Assembly (NCBI RefSeq): GCF_903645315.1
Contig: NZ_CAHJXL010000001.1
Location: forward strand, 3,629,339-3,693,338
Direction: 5' to 3'
Source: Victivallis sp. Marseille-Q1083
GTDB taxonomy: Bacteria > Verrucomicrobiota > Lentisphaeria > Victivallales > Victivallaceae
Length of the DNA: 64,000 nt
Position numbers and translations under genes: made by a program
Shown: positions 1 through 8,860 of the stretch, in pieces
Position numbering within the stretch: the first letter of the stretch is position 1
How the letters are laid out: each line of letters begins with the position of its first letter
The notes under the pieces: model-generated
The model's input: the letters and a program-made list of their open reading frames with translations, nothing else
Databases searched by the model: none
What the model was told of the DNA's origin: nothing

Positions 1-546
1 ACGGTTGATATAGGTGGCCAGGTTTTTCAGCGTCCAGGCCAGCACGAATCCGACCATATACAGCGCGAACAACTGCCAGGCGATCCGGTCGTCGGCCCCC
101 TTGACCGGCAGCGAGAACTCAATCGGCCAGGTGACGTGAATGCTGTAGCCTTCCACTTTCAGCGGCAGATAATAACGCTCCGCCGCCTTTTCCAGTTGCT
201 TGAGCATTTTGGCCAGTTGCGGGTCGTCCTCCGGCGGCGCCAGGATGTTTTCCACCAGTTGGATGCGCTCCGCCTGGTTGCGGTTTGGATTCTGCTCCAG
301 TTGCCGGCAGATCTCTTCGGCGGTTGCGGCGGAAACCGTCACCGCCGGGTTATTCTGCGGCTGCTGGGAGTCGAAAACCTGCGTCAACTGCGGCAGCAGC
401 ATGATGGCCAGGAACAGCGAGCCGCCGACCAGCAAACCGGCGGTGACGCCGATGATCAGCCGCCAGCGGTAAGGCTTGGCATAATTCAGCAGGCGGAAAT
501 AGCTTTGGCGCTTGAATTCCCGCTCATTTTCTTGATTTTTTCCCAT
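1..546 (-). CDS. ABC transporter ATP-binding/permease, MsbA-like lipid exporter (N-terminal 182 aa; 3' end beyond window start)
   Basis: ATG at 544-546 (minus), 6 nt below the aminotransferase stop. Translation MGKNQENEREFKRQSYFRLLNYAKPYRWRLIIGVTAGLLVGG... has the typical ABC exporter N-terminal TM domain. Not in the ORF track because it runs off the window. Confidence 0.7.
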   Translation of the reverse strand, partial: MGKNQENEREFKRQSYFRLLNYAKPYRWRLIIGVTAGLLVGGSLFLAIMLLPQLTQVFDSQQPQNNPAVTVSAATAEEICRQLEQNPNRNQAERIQLVENILAPPEDDPQLAKMLKQLEKAAERYYLPLKVEGYSIHVTWPIEFSLPVKGADDRIAWQLFALYMVGFVLAWTLKNLATYINR

Positions 547-552
547 GGGCGA

Positions 553-1674
553 TCAACCGAGAATCTGCTCGGCTGCCGAAACCAGATAAGCGCGCTGCTC
601 ATGGCTGGACTCCGCATAGATCGGCAGCGCCAGAATATCCTGCGAAACCGCTTCGCTGACCGGATAATCACCGGTTTTGCCGCCCAGCGACCGGAAACAA
701 TCCTGCAGATGCAGCGACAGCGGATAGTAGATCGCACAACCGATGCCGCGCTCCTGCAAACCGGCTTTCAATTCGTCGCGCCGTCCGTCGGCGACCCGGA
801 TGCAGAACTGGTTGTAAATATGGCGAACCGGGTAGGGGGCTTCCTGCGGCAACGCGATTCGATCGCCGATTTTGGAGGCGGCGAACAGTTGCCGGTAATC
901 GGCGGCGTTATGCTGGCGTCCGGCGGTCCAGCTGTCGAGATGTTTCAACTTGATCGACAGAACCGCCGCCTGCAATGCGTCGAGCCGGAAATTACCGCCG
1001 ACATATTGATGAATATAGGTGCCGCTCTGGCCGTGGTTGCGGAAGATCTTCAGCAATTTCGCTTTCGCTTCGTCGTTGGTGGTCACCAGCCCGCCGTCGC
1101 CGAAACAGCCGAGATTTTTGCTCGGGAAGAACGAAAAACAGCCGTAATCGCCGATACTGCCGGCCCGTCTGCCCTTGTATTCGGCGCCGATGGATTGGCA
1201 GGCGTCCTCGATGACGATGAGATTATGCCGGCGGGCCAATTCCATAATCGGATCCATATCGGCGCATTGGCCGAACAGGTGAACCGGGAGGATTGCTTTG
1301 GTTTTCGGCGTGATTTTGGCGGCGATCGCTTCCGGCGCAATGTTGAAGGTCACCGGATCGATATCCGCGAAGACCGGCGTGGCGCCGACCCGGGCGATGG
1401 CGCCGACGGTGGCGAAGAAGGTGAACGGGGAAGTGATGACCTCGTCGCCCGGTCCGATTTTTTCGACCATCAAGGCGATGATCAGCGCGTCCGAGCCGGA
1501 CGTGACGCCGCAGGCGTACGGCGTACCGCAATATCTGGCGGCTTCCGCTTCGAACTGTTCCACCTTGGGACCGAGAATAAAACGCTGCGATTCGCAGATA
1601 TCGGTAATTTCGGCGAGGACTTCATCTTTGATCGTCCGGTATTGCATCTGTAAATCCAACAGAGGAACCTGCAT
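553..1674 (-). CDS. DegT/DnrJ/EryC1/StrS family PLP-dependent aminotransferase
   Basis: ORF 553..1722; start placed at internal ATG (MQVPLLDLQ...). Conserved FFPSKNLG and GDGG motifs of sugar aminotransferases. Confidence 0.85.
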   Translation of the reverse strand: MQVPLLDLQMQYRTIKDEVLAEITDICESQRFILGPKVEQFEAEAARYCGTPYACGVTSGSDALIIALMVEKIGPGDEVITSPFTFFATVGAIARVGATPVFADIDPVTFNIAPEAIAAKITPKTKAILPVHLFGQCADMDPIMELARRHNLIVIEDACQSIGAEYKGRRAGSIGDYGCFSFFPSKNLGCFGDGGLVTTNDEAKAKLLKIFRNHGQSGTYIHQYVGGNFRLDALQAAVLSIKLKHLDSWTAGRQHNAADYRQLFAASKIGDRIALPQEAPYPVRHIYNQFCIRVADGRRDELKAGLQERGIGCAIYYPLSLHLQDCFRSLGGKTGDYPVSEAVSQDILALPIYAESSHEQRAYLVSAAEQILG

Positions 1675-1858
1675 GCTATGGTACTCCTTCCATAAATATT
1701 TCAAAATTCGGCAGAAAAACATCCGCCCATTAACATACCACCACTTGGAACGTATTTCATCCGGTGATTATGTTTTTTTTACTTTTTTCTATGTTGATCC
1801 GGCTGAAAATAAACTTTGCTCAATGTATATTATGGAATGACTGTGGAATCGAAAGCAA

Positions 1859-3091
1859 ATGTTGGGCAATTGGGAAAGGGACGACGTGAAAGTCGGAGAG
1901 CGTTTTAAAGCGGAAGTGCAGGAAGTGGTGTTCGGCGGAGCGGGGCTGGTTCGGCTGGGCGCGCTGGTGGTGTTCGTCGAAGGGGTGGCGCCGCATGAAG
2001 TGATCCTGGGCGAAATCACCCAGCTCAAAAGCGATTACTGCCGCGCCAAGGTGATCGAATTTCTGACGAAGAGCCCGCGGCGGGTCGAGCCGCTCTGCCG
2101 CTATTTCGGCCGTTGCCCCGGCTGCAGCTATCAGCATCTCGACTATTCGCTGGAGTGCGAAATCAAGCAGGAGCAGTTGCGTCATCAACTGCAGGGCGTT
2201 CTGGCCGCGCCGGGGAATGAAACGGTGCTGCAAACGCCGATTGGTCCGGCCGACCCCTATCATTACCGCAACAAAATCGTCCTGCACGTGCAGAAACGCG
2301 GCGGGGAGACGCTGCTCGGCTATTTCGGGCGAGATAACACGACGGTGATCGACATCGAATCCTGCCCGCTGGCCGCTCCGGCCATCGATGAAAAGCTGCG
2401 GGAACTGCGTGCCGATCGCGGTTTTTTCCATACCTTGCACGATCGCATGAGTTTGACTTTGCGCCATACCGCCTGGAATGGGGCGCTTTACTGGCGCAAT
2501 CAGCCGCCGGGACGTTTGAGTTGGCTGAAAGAGTCTTTGGAAGCCGGCACTTTTGCGGTGCCGGCCGGCAGTTTTTTTCAGGTCAATCCGGCCGGCGGCC
2601 AGGCGTTGCTGCGCGAGGTTTCGAGCTGGCTGAAGCGGCTCCGGGTGCCGCAACTGATTGATGCTTATTGCGGGGCGGGCGTTTTCACGGTGACGGCGGC
2701 GCTGGCCGGCGTGCCGGAGGTGATCGGCGTGGAGCTGGATGCGGCGGCGGTCGCGGCGGCGGAATACAATTTGAAACAATTTCAGTGTGCCAATGGCCGG
2801 GTGATTGCCGGGGATGCCGGAACATGGTTGCCGGAACTGCTGAAGCAGGCGCCGGCCGGCGCCGTGCTGCTCGTCGACCCGCCGCGGACCGGCCTGGCGG
2901 CCCGGGCGGTCCAGGCGGTGATGGACAGTTCGCTGCGCGGCTTGCTTTACATATCCTGCAATCCGGCGACGCTGTATCGCGACCTGCGTAAATTGACATC
3001 GGCCGGTTTCCGGCTGCGCACGGTGCGGCTGATCGACATGTTTCCGCGCAGCGCCCATTTTGAAGTATTGACTTTTTTAAGCCGCGAATAG
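1859..3091 (+). CDS. rlmD: 23S rRNA (uracil-5)-methyltransferase, RlmD/RumA family
   Basis: N-terminal TRAM-like region, CRYFGRCPGCSYQHL Fe-S motif, C-terminal SAM methyltransferase fold (VDPPRTG). Confidence 0.85.
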   Translation: MLGNWERDDVKVGERFKAEVQEVVFGGAGLVRLGALVVFVEGVAPHEVILGEITQLKSDYCRAKVIEFLTKSPRRVEPLCRYFGRCPGCSYQHLDYSLECEIKQEQLRHQLQGVLAAPGNETVLQTPIGPADPYHYRNKIVLHVQKRGGETLLGYFGRDNTTVIDIESCPLAAPAIDEKLRELRADRGFFHTLHDRMSLTLRHTAWNGALYWRNQPPGRLSWLKESLEAGTFAVPAGSFFQVNPAGGQALLREVSSWLKRLRVPQLIDAYCGAGVFTVTAALAGVPEVIGVELDAAAVAAAEYNLKQFQCANGRVIAGDAGTWLPELLKQAPAGAVLLVDPPRTGLAARAVQAVMDSSLRGLLYISCNPATLYRDLRKLTSAGFRLRTVRLIDMFPRSAHFEVLTFLSRE

Positions 3092-3109
3092 ACGGGAGAA
3101 CGGACGAAG

Positions 3110-3793
3110 ATGACGGAATTTGATTGGCAGAAAGGACATCGGCAGCGATTGCGCGAGCGGTTCAAACGCACCGGCTTTGTCGGTATGCACGACTATGAGA
3201 AACTGGAACTGCTGCTGACCTATGCGATCCCGCGCCGGGATGTCAAGCCGGTTGCCAAGGCGCTGCTGCTGAAATTCGAGTCATTGCCCGGCGTGCTGGA
3301 TGCCACGCTGGAGGAGCTTTGCCAGGTGCCGTGGGTGGGGGAGAACGTCGCGCTGTTTCTCAAATGCCAGCGGGAGCTCTGCTGCGCTTATCTGGAACAG
3401 CGGATGCGCAGCGTCGATGTGCTGGCCACGCCGGAAGCCGCCGCCGATTTTGCCCGGATGAAACTGGGCGCCAACCGGCATGAAACCTTCATGGTCATTT
3501 ACTTGAATCCGCAGGCGCACGTCATCGATTTCGCCTGTATCGAAGGCGCGGTGGACCGGGCGGCGGTCTATCCGCGCAATATCGTCGAAGAGTGTCTGCG
3601 TCTCAAAGCGGTTTCGGTGATCCTGATTCACAACCATCCCAGCGGCGTTTGCCTGCCGTCCAACGAGGACATCGCGGTGACCAGGGCGGTGGAAAAAACC
3701 TTGAATGCGATGAACATCCGCCTGATCGACCACCTGATCGTCAGTCCGGCAAGTTTGCGCAGCATGGCGCGTGACGGGTTGCTGTCATCATGA
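3110..3793 (+). CDS. radC: RadC-like JAB/MPN domain protein
   Basis: HNHPSG JAMM motif, HhH N-terminal region, 227 aa. Confidence 0.85.
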   Translation: MTEFDWQKGHRQRLRERFKRTGFVGMHDYEKLELLLTYAIPRRDVKPVAKALLLKFESLPGVLDATLEELCQVPWVGENVALFLKCQRELCCAYLEQRMRSVDVLATPEAAADFARMKLGANRHETFMVIYLNPQAHVIDFACIEGAVDRAAVYPRNIVEECLRLKAVSVILIHNHPSGVCLPSNEDIAVTRAVEKTLNAMNIRLIDHLIVSPASLRSMARDGLLSS

Positions 3794-4722
3794 ATGAAGA
3801 GGAAGCGAAACCGGCGGCAATGGTGTTGTCGCCGCTGGAAACCGGCAATATCATCGTTTATGCGCGCCGGCTGGAGACGCTGCTGCGGGAGCTGGGTGCT
3901 TCGCCGGAAGCCGGCGGGCTGCATACCGCCACCGATGAATTGCAGCATAAGCTGCCGGCTGAAACGGTGAGCCGGCTGCATTATATCGCTTCGATCCGCA
4001 ACAAGGCGGCCCATGGCGACGGCTTGATTGAAAATTTGAACTATCCGGAATTCGAGGCGACCTGCCGGCAGGTGCTGGAAACTTTGCAGCATCTGAAAGA
4101 GGGCGGCCGCCCGGCGGAGCCGAAGAAAAAAAATACGGCGCGGAAAGCGGCTCCCCGGGCGGATGATGAAGCCGTTCCGGAGCTGTTCAGCGAGGAGTAT
4201 CGCAAACTCAATAAAATTCTGGGGATTTGTGCCTGTATTCCGGTGGTCAATTGTCTTTATTTCCTGGTCATGCTGCTGCGCGGCCTGTTTGCGGCGCGGT
4301 TGGCGATCGTTTTGTTGACGTTTTATACGCTGGCATTGCCGATCATCATCGACGGGTACCAGAAAAATAATCAACTGGTCTGGGGGGCGGGGGCACTGCT
4401 GATGCTGCTGGTTTACGTCGGCGGCATCGTTTCCGGTGAACTGTTGCGCCGGGACGGCTGCCGGGTGTCGCGCGTTCTTTACTGGCTGCCGGGCATCGAC
4501 CTGATTTATTTCATCGTTTTATTGCTGTTGACGATCGAATGGCGGTTGCTGATCAGCGGGGCGGTGCCGCTCGGCATTACCGTCGGCGCCGGTTATGCTT
4601 TTCGGGCCGGCTGGGAAGCGGTCGGTTATATTGCCTTATCGCTGGCTTATTTGATGAGCCTGTTGTCGCTCTGGTTCGACCAGCGTCATCTGCTCTGGCC
4701 GGAGGAGGAAGTCTCGGAATAA
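3790..4722 (+). CDS. hypothetical membrane protein: soluble N-terminal domain with DUF4145-like R-N-x-x-A-H motif, then 4-5 TM helices
   Basis: ATGA overlap with the radC stop (3790-3793). Motif SIRNKAAHGD. Hydrophobic segments from about aa 150. Confidence 0.6.
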   Translation: MNEEEAKPAAMVLSPLETGNIIVYARRLETLLRELGASPEAGGLHTATDELQHKLPAETVSRLHYIASIRNKAAHGDGLIENLNYPEFEATCRQVLETLQHLKEGGRPAEPKKKNTARKAAPRADDEAVPELFSEEYRKLNKILGICACIPVVNCLYFLVMLLRGLFAARLAIVLLTFYTLALPIIIDGYQKNNQLVWGAGALLMLLVYVGGIVSGELLRRDGCRVSRVLYWLPGIDLIYFIVLLLLTIEWRLLISGAVPLGITVGAGYAFRAGWEAVGYIALSLAYLMSLLSLWFDQRHLLWPEEEVSE

Positions 4723-4768
4723 CCGGAAATCTCCGGGCGTGAAAACGGAGATTTCCGGGGGGGGAATT

Positions 4769-5539
4769 TTATTTTTTCAACCGGGCGGCCAGTCCTTCGC
4801 AATACTGCCGGAGGCCGAGCACATCGCAGCCGATGTTGACCAGCCGATACCCCATCCGGCTGTATTCCGCGAACGATTCCGGGCTGCCGGTGGTGCCGGC
4901 CAGTTTGCCGTGCCGGGTGGCGCATGCGGCGATTTTCTGACGGGCGGCATTGACTTCCGGGTGCGCCAACTGGCCGGGAACGCCCAGGGCATGGCTGTAA
5001 TCGCCGGGGCCGAAAAAAATCATGTCGATGCCCGGCGTGGCGCAGATGTCGTCCAGCTCCGCCATCGGTTCGGGATCTTCGATCTGGATGATCACCATCC
5101 GGTTGGCATTGGCCGATTGCGTGTATTCTTCAGTCGGCAGCAGGCCGAAGCCGCCGTCGGCGTTGCCGCCGTCCAGCGGCCGCCGGCCGATCGGATGAAA
5201 CTTGGTCTGCCGGGCGATGCGGGCGGCTTCGGCGGCGCTCATGACGTGCGGCACCATGATGCCGGCGGCATCCATTTCTAGCGGCAGCACCAGATCGCTG
5301 TAGGAACCGCGTTTGACCCGGACGATCAAATCCATATCGCAGGCTTGAGCCGCCAGCACCTGTTGTTCGATTGCCGCTGTGCCGTTGGGCGTGTGTTCCA
5401 TATCGCTCCACAGGCAGTCGAATAATTTCAGTTGGCCGATCTGTTGGACGATCCGGCCGCCTTCGAGGTTGAATTTGAAACAGCTGATTGTTTCTCCGGC
5501 CCGCATCCGTTTCAATGCCCGACACTCTTTGGATACCAT
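4769..5539 (-). CDS. HpcH/HpaI family aldolase (2-keto-3-deoxy sugar acid aldolase)
   Basis: 256 aa. Conserved IQIEDPE and FFGPGDYSHALG motifs of the HpcH/HpaI aldolase family. Confidence 0.8.
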   Translation of the reverse strand: MVSKECRALKRMRAGETISCFKFNLEGGRIVQQIGQLKLFDCLWSDMEHTPNGTAAIEQQVLAAQACDMDLIVRVKRGSYSDLVLPLEMDAAGIMVPHVMSAAEAARIARQTKFHPIGRRPLDGGNADGGFGLLPTEEYTQSANANRMVIIQIEDPEPMAELDDICATPGIDMIFFGPGDYSHALGVPGQLAHPEVNAARQKIAACATRHGKLAGTTGSPESFAEYSRMGYRLVNIGCDVLGLRQYCEGLAARLKK

Positions 5540-5769
5540 GATGTAAAATTCCTTAAAAAAATGAATGGTTTCGGAAATGGTTCCGGTTGGGATTTCCCTA
5601 CATAGTATAGCAAAGGATGATCAATTTGGCTACGATAGAGAAAAGCTTTTGATTGCAGAAATATGCACTTTTTTCCGAAACGGTTTGATTTGTTTTTTTT
5701 GCGATCGATTCATTTGCTTATTGCCCTTTGGCCGGTTATTGTTAAGAAAGTGATCAGGAGGAACCGGTA

Positions 5770-6609
5770 GTGGATTGGTATGAGATTGTTTTTTTACTGC
5801 TGCTGTGTCTGGTGATTGCCGGAGGTGTTTGGTATGTTTCCTGGCGCCGGAAGCGGCGGCGCACCTGGCTGATGCAGCATCAGATTACGCCGAGCCAGGT
5901 GAAAATTCTGCACCGGCTGCCGTTGTATCGGCGTTTGCCGCATCAATTGCGCCGGGAGCTGCGCGGGCGGCTGGCGATTTTTCTCGATGAAAAGGTTTTC
6001 GAAGGGTGCGGCGGACTGAAAGTGACTGAAGAGATGCAGGTGATGATCGGCGCGATGGGTTGTCTGCTTCTGTTGGGCAAGGAGCTCGACGACTATCCGG
6101 ATCTGGACTCCATCTTGATCTATCCGAATGCTTATGTCGTGCCGGTGAAGCCGGCGCTGTTCAACAACGAAGTGCATTTGCGTGCCGAAAGTGTCCGCCT
6201 GGGGGAATCCTGGCTGCACGGCAGTTTGGTGCTGGCCTGGTCGCAGGTCCGTTCGGAATGCCTGAACCCGCACACCAGGAGCAATGTGGTGCTGCATGAA
6301 TTTGCCCATCAACTGGATCAGCTCAACGGTCCGGCCGACGGCATTCCGCCGCTGCCGGACGGTAAAACGATTTTTCTGGAATGGCGGACCTTGATGAAAG
6401 CGGAATATGACCAGCTGGTGGCCGAGGCGCGGCACGCGGTGCCGGACGTGCTTGACTGGTATGGCGCGACCAATGCGGCGGAATTTTTCGCGGTGACGAC
6501 GGAGAGTTTTTTCTGTTCACCGATCCGTTTGAAGGAAGTGCATCCGAATCTCTACGAGTTGTTCCGGGAGTTTTATCGAGTGGACCCGGCCGGCTTTGCG
6601 GCGGTTTGA
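5770..6609 (+). CDS. mtfA: MtfA-like zinc metallopeptidase (M90 family) with N-terminal TM helix
   Basis: HEFAHQLD HExxH motif. GTG start at 5770 preceded by a caggagg Shine-Dalgarno sequence. Confidence 0.75.
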   Translation: MDWYEIVFLLLLCLVIAGGVWYVSWRRKRRRTWLMQHQITPSQVKILHRLPLYRRLPHQLRRELRGRLAIFLDEKVFEGCGGLKVTEEMQVMIGAMGCLLLLGKELDDYPDLDSILIYPNAYVVPVKPALFNNEVHLRAESVRLGESWLHGSLVLAWSQVRSECLNPHTRSNVVLHEFAHQLDQLNGPADGIPPLPDGKTIFLEWRTLMKAEYDQLVAEARHAVPDVLDWYGATNAAEFFAVTTESFFCSPIRLKEVHPNLYELFREFYRVDPAGFAAV

Positions 6610-6663
6610 CCGCTCGGCAATATTTGGTCGGGAAAATTTCATTTTTTGTTGCAATTTAGAAAA

Positions 6664-6683
6664 TAGTAATTATTATTAATAAG
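6664..6683. promoter_or_regulatory. putative PerR/Fur-family operator (TAATTATTATTAATA) upstream of the rubredoxin-GltS/rubrerythrin genes
   Basis: AT-rich near-palindrome about 45 nt upstream of the 6725 start. Shares the 10-mer ATAATAATTA (reverse complement) with the perR promoter at 45313-45329. Confidence 0.35.
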
Positions 6684-6724
6684 CAATACGTCTTTCTTTA
6701 AGGTTGTCAAGCAGGAGAATAAAA

Positions 6725-8119
6725 ATGGCGGTTTACGTTTGTGAAGTTTGTCAGTTCGAATACGATGAAGTGGCGGAAGGCGTGGCGTTTGCCGATTTGC
6801 CGGCCGATTGGCAATGTCCGGTGTGCGGCGCCGAAAAAGAAGGCTACCACTTGAAAAGCGGAGCGGCCGCCACTTCGGAAGCCGTTTCAACAGCGGTGGA
6901 TATGAGCAAATTCATGCGGTCCGGAGACGATCTGGAAAGCTATATGAGCGATATCAAGGCGATTGCCGAAAGCGGCAAATCGCTGGATGAGGCGATGCGG
7001 ACCAGACTGCCGGTCATTTCGTGGGACGATATTTTGATCAAGGGCTGCCAGTTGTCCCGGTTGCCGCTGCTGCAGGAGGAGACGGTGGCGACCGAAACCG
7101 TCATCGGTCCGAACGCGAAACAACCGATGCGGCTGGAAACGCCGATCATCGTCAGCCACATGTCGTTCGGCGCGTTGTCAAAGGAAGCGAAGATCGCTCT
7201 GGCGCAGGGCAGCGCGCAGGTCGGCGCGGCGATGTGTTCCGGGGAGGGCGGCATCCTGGAGGAGAGCATCGCGGCGGCGCACCGGTATATTTTTGAATAT
7301 GTGCCGAACCGCTATGGAGTGACGCCGGAAAATTTACAGCGCTCCGATGCGGTGGAGATCAAATTCGGGCAATCCGCCAAACCCGGTATGGGCGGTCATC
7401 TGCCGGGGGAGAAAGTCACCCCGGAAATCAGTGCGGTGCGCGGTTTTCCGGTGGGACGGGACATTCTGAGTCCGGCACATTATGCGGATATTACCTCGAC
7501 CCGGGAATTGAAGGCGAAAATCGATTGGCTGCGGGAAATCTCCGGCGGCCGGCCGATCGGCGTCAAATTGGCGGCCGGCCATATCGAGGAAGATCTTGAT
7601 TTCGTTCTGCCCGCCGCGCCGGATTTCATCACCTTCGACGGCCGGCCCGGCGGAACCGGTTCGGCGCCGAAGTACATCAAGCAGGCGACGTCGATTCCGA
7701 CTATTTTTGCGTTGTACCGGGCCCGGAAGCATCTGGACGCCTGCCGGGCGGAAGGCGTTTCGCTGATCATCACCGGCGGCTTGCGGATTTCGCCGGATTT
7801 CGCCAAAGCGCTGGCGCTCGGCGCGGATGCGGTGGCGATTGCCACCAGCGCGTTGATCGCCCTGGGATGCCAGCAGTACCGGATGTGCAATTCCGGCCGT
7901 TGTCCGGTCGGCATCACTTCGCAGGACAAGGCGCTGCGGGCCAATTTCCAGCCGGCTGCCGCCGCAACGCGGTTGGCCAATTTCCTGCGGGTCAGCACCG
8001 GGGAATTGCAGCAATTCGCCCGGATTACCGGCCACCGCGACGTGCATGAGCTGAATATTGACGACTTGTGTACTTGCAATTCTGAAATATCGGATTACAC
8101 TTCTATAAAGCATGTGTGA
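6725..8119 (+). CDS. rubredoxin-domain fused to glutamate synthase-like (GltS FMN/Fe-S domain) protein
   Basis: N-terminal CEVCQFEYD...WQCPVCG rubredoxin motifs, then a GltB-type FMN domain (SHMSFGALS, GEGG, C-terminal Cys cluster). ATG at 6725 with a gcaggagaat Shine-Dalgarno sequence; the track start at 6704 is TTG. Confidence 0.85.
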   Translation: MAVYVCEVCQFEYDEVAEGVAFADLPADWQCPVCGAEKEGYHLKSGAAATSEAVSTAVDMSKFMRSGDDLESYMSDIKAIAESGKSLDEAMRTRLPVISWDDILIKGCQLSRLPLLQEETVATETVIGPNAKQPMRLETPIIVSHMSFGALSKEAKIALAQGSAQVGAAMCSGEGGILEESIAAAHRYIFEYVPNRYGVTPENLQRSDAVEIKFGQSAKPGMGGHLPGEKVTPEISAVRGFPVGRDILSPAHYADITSTRELKAKIDWLREISGGRPIGVKLAAGHIEEDLDFVLPAAPDFITFDGRPGGTGSAPKYIKQATSIPTIFALYRARKHLDACRAEGVSLIITGGLRISPDFAKALALGADAVAIATSALIALGCQQYRMCNSGRCPVGITSQDKALRANFQPAAAATRLANFLRVSTGELQQFARITGHRDVHELNIDDLCTCNSEISDYTSIKHV

Positions 8120-8151
8120 TCCCAAACACCAAGCAAAAGGAGTAATGAAAA

Positions 8152-8727
8152 ATGAAATCGGTCAAGGGAACTGAAACGGAAAAAAATTTGCTGAAGGCGT
8201 TTGCCGGTGAATCGCAGGCGCGCAACCGCTACACCTATTTCGCCAGCCGGGCGGCCAAGGACGGGTACATGCAGATTGCCGATATTTTCACCGAGACGGC
8301 CAATCAGGAAAAAGAGCACGCCGAGCGTTTCTTCAAATTCCTGGAGGGCGGCGATCTGGAAATAACCGCTTCCTATCCGGCCGGCGCGCTGCGTTCGACG
8401 CTGGAAAATTTGCAGGAAGCGGCGGCCGGCGAATACGATGAATGGCACAATCTTTATCCGGCGTTTGCCGACAAGGCCCGCGAGGAAGGCTTTGAGGCGA
8501 TCGCCTCGGTCTGGGATCATGTCTGTGTCGCCGAGCGGCAGCATGAACGGCGTTATCGCGCACTGTTGGCGAATATCGAAAACGACACCGTGTTCAGGAA
8601 GCCGGAAAAGGTGGTATGGCGCTGCCGCAACTGCGGCTATCTGCATGAAGGCACCGAAGCGCCGGAAACCTGTCCGGCCTGCGCCCATCCGAAAGCCTAT
8701 TTCGAAATCCTGGCGGAAAACTGGTAA
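8152..8727 (+). CDS. rbr: rubrerythrin (diiron ferritin-like domain plus C-terminal rubredoxin-like domain)
   Basis: ExxH diiron motifs; C-terminal CRNCGY...CPACAH. Confidence 0.9.
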   Translation: MKSVKGTETEKNLLKAFAGESQARNRYTYFASRAAKDGYMQIADIFTETANQEKEHAERFFKFLEGGDLEITASYPAGALRSTLENLQEAAAGEYDEWHNLYPAFADKAREEGFEAIASVWDHVCVAERQHERRYRALLANIENDTVFRKPEKVVWRCRNCGYLHEGTEAPETCPACAHPKAYFEILAENW

Positions 8728-8752
8728 AACGGCGTTTGCCAATTGAAAGATT

Positions 8753-8793
8753 CCGGCTGACTTTGCCGTCCAGGCAGGTCAGCCGTTTTTTTT
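8753..8793 (+). terminator. rho-independent terminator after rubrerythrin
   Basis: CGGCTGAC ... GTCAGCCG stem followed by T8. Confidence 0.6.
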
Positions 8794-8860
8794 CAATTGG
8801 TGAAACGACATGCGGCTTCCGCCTGGCCGGCAACACTTGTTCCCTCTCTCCTCCGTGCAT

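Noticed and set aside
136-1653. 505-aa ORF on the plus strand
   Set aside because: Antisense to the aminotransferase and MsbA genes; Arg/Gln/Leu-rich low-complexity translation typical of a GC-rich antisense frame.
2668-2999. Overlapping Gly/Pro/Arg-rich ORFs on both strands
   Set aside because: Lie inside the methyltransferase domain of rlmD; low-complexity GC artefacts.
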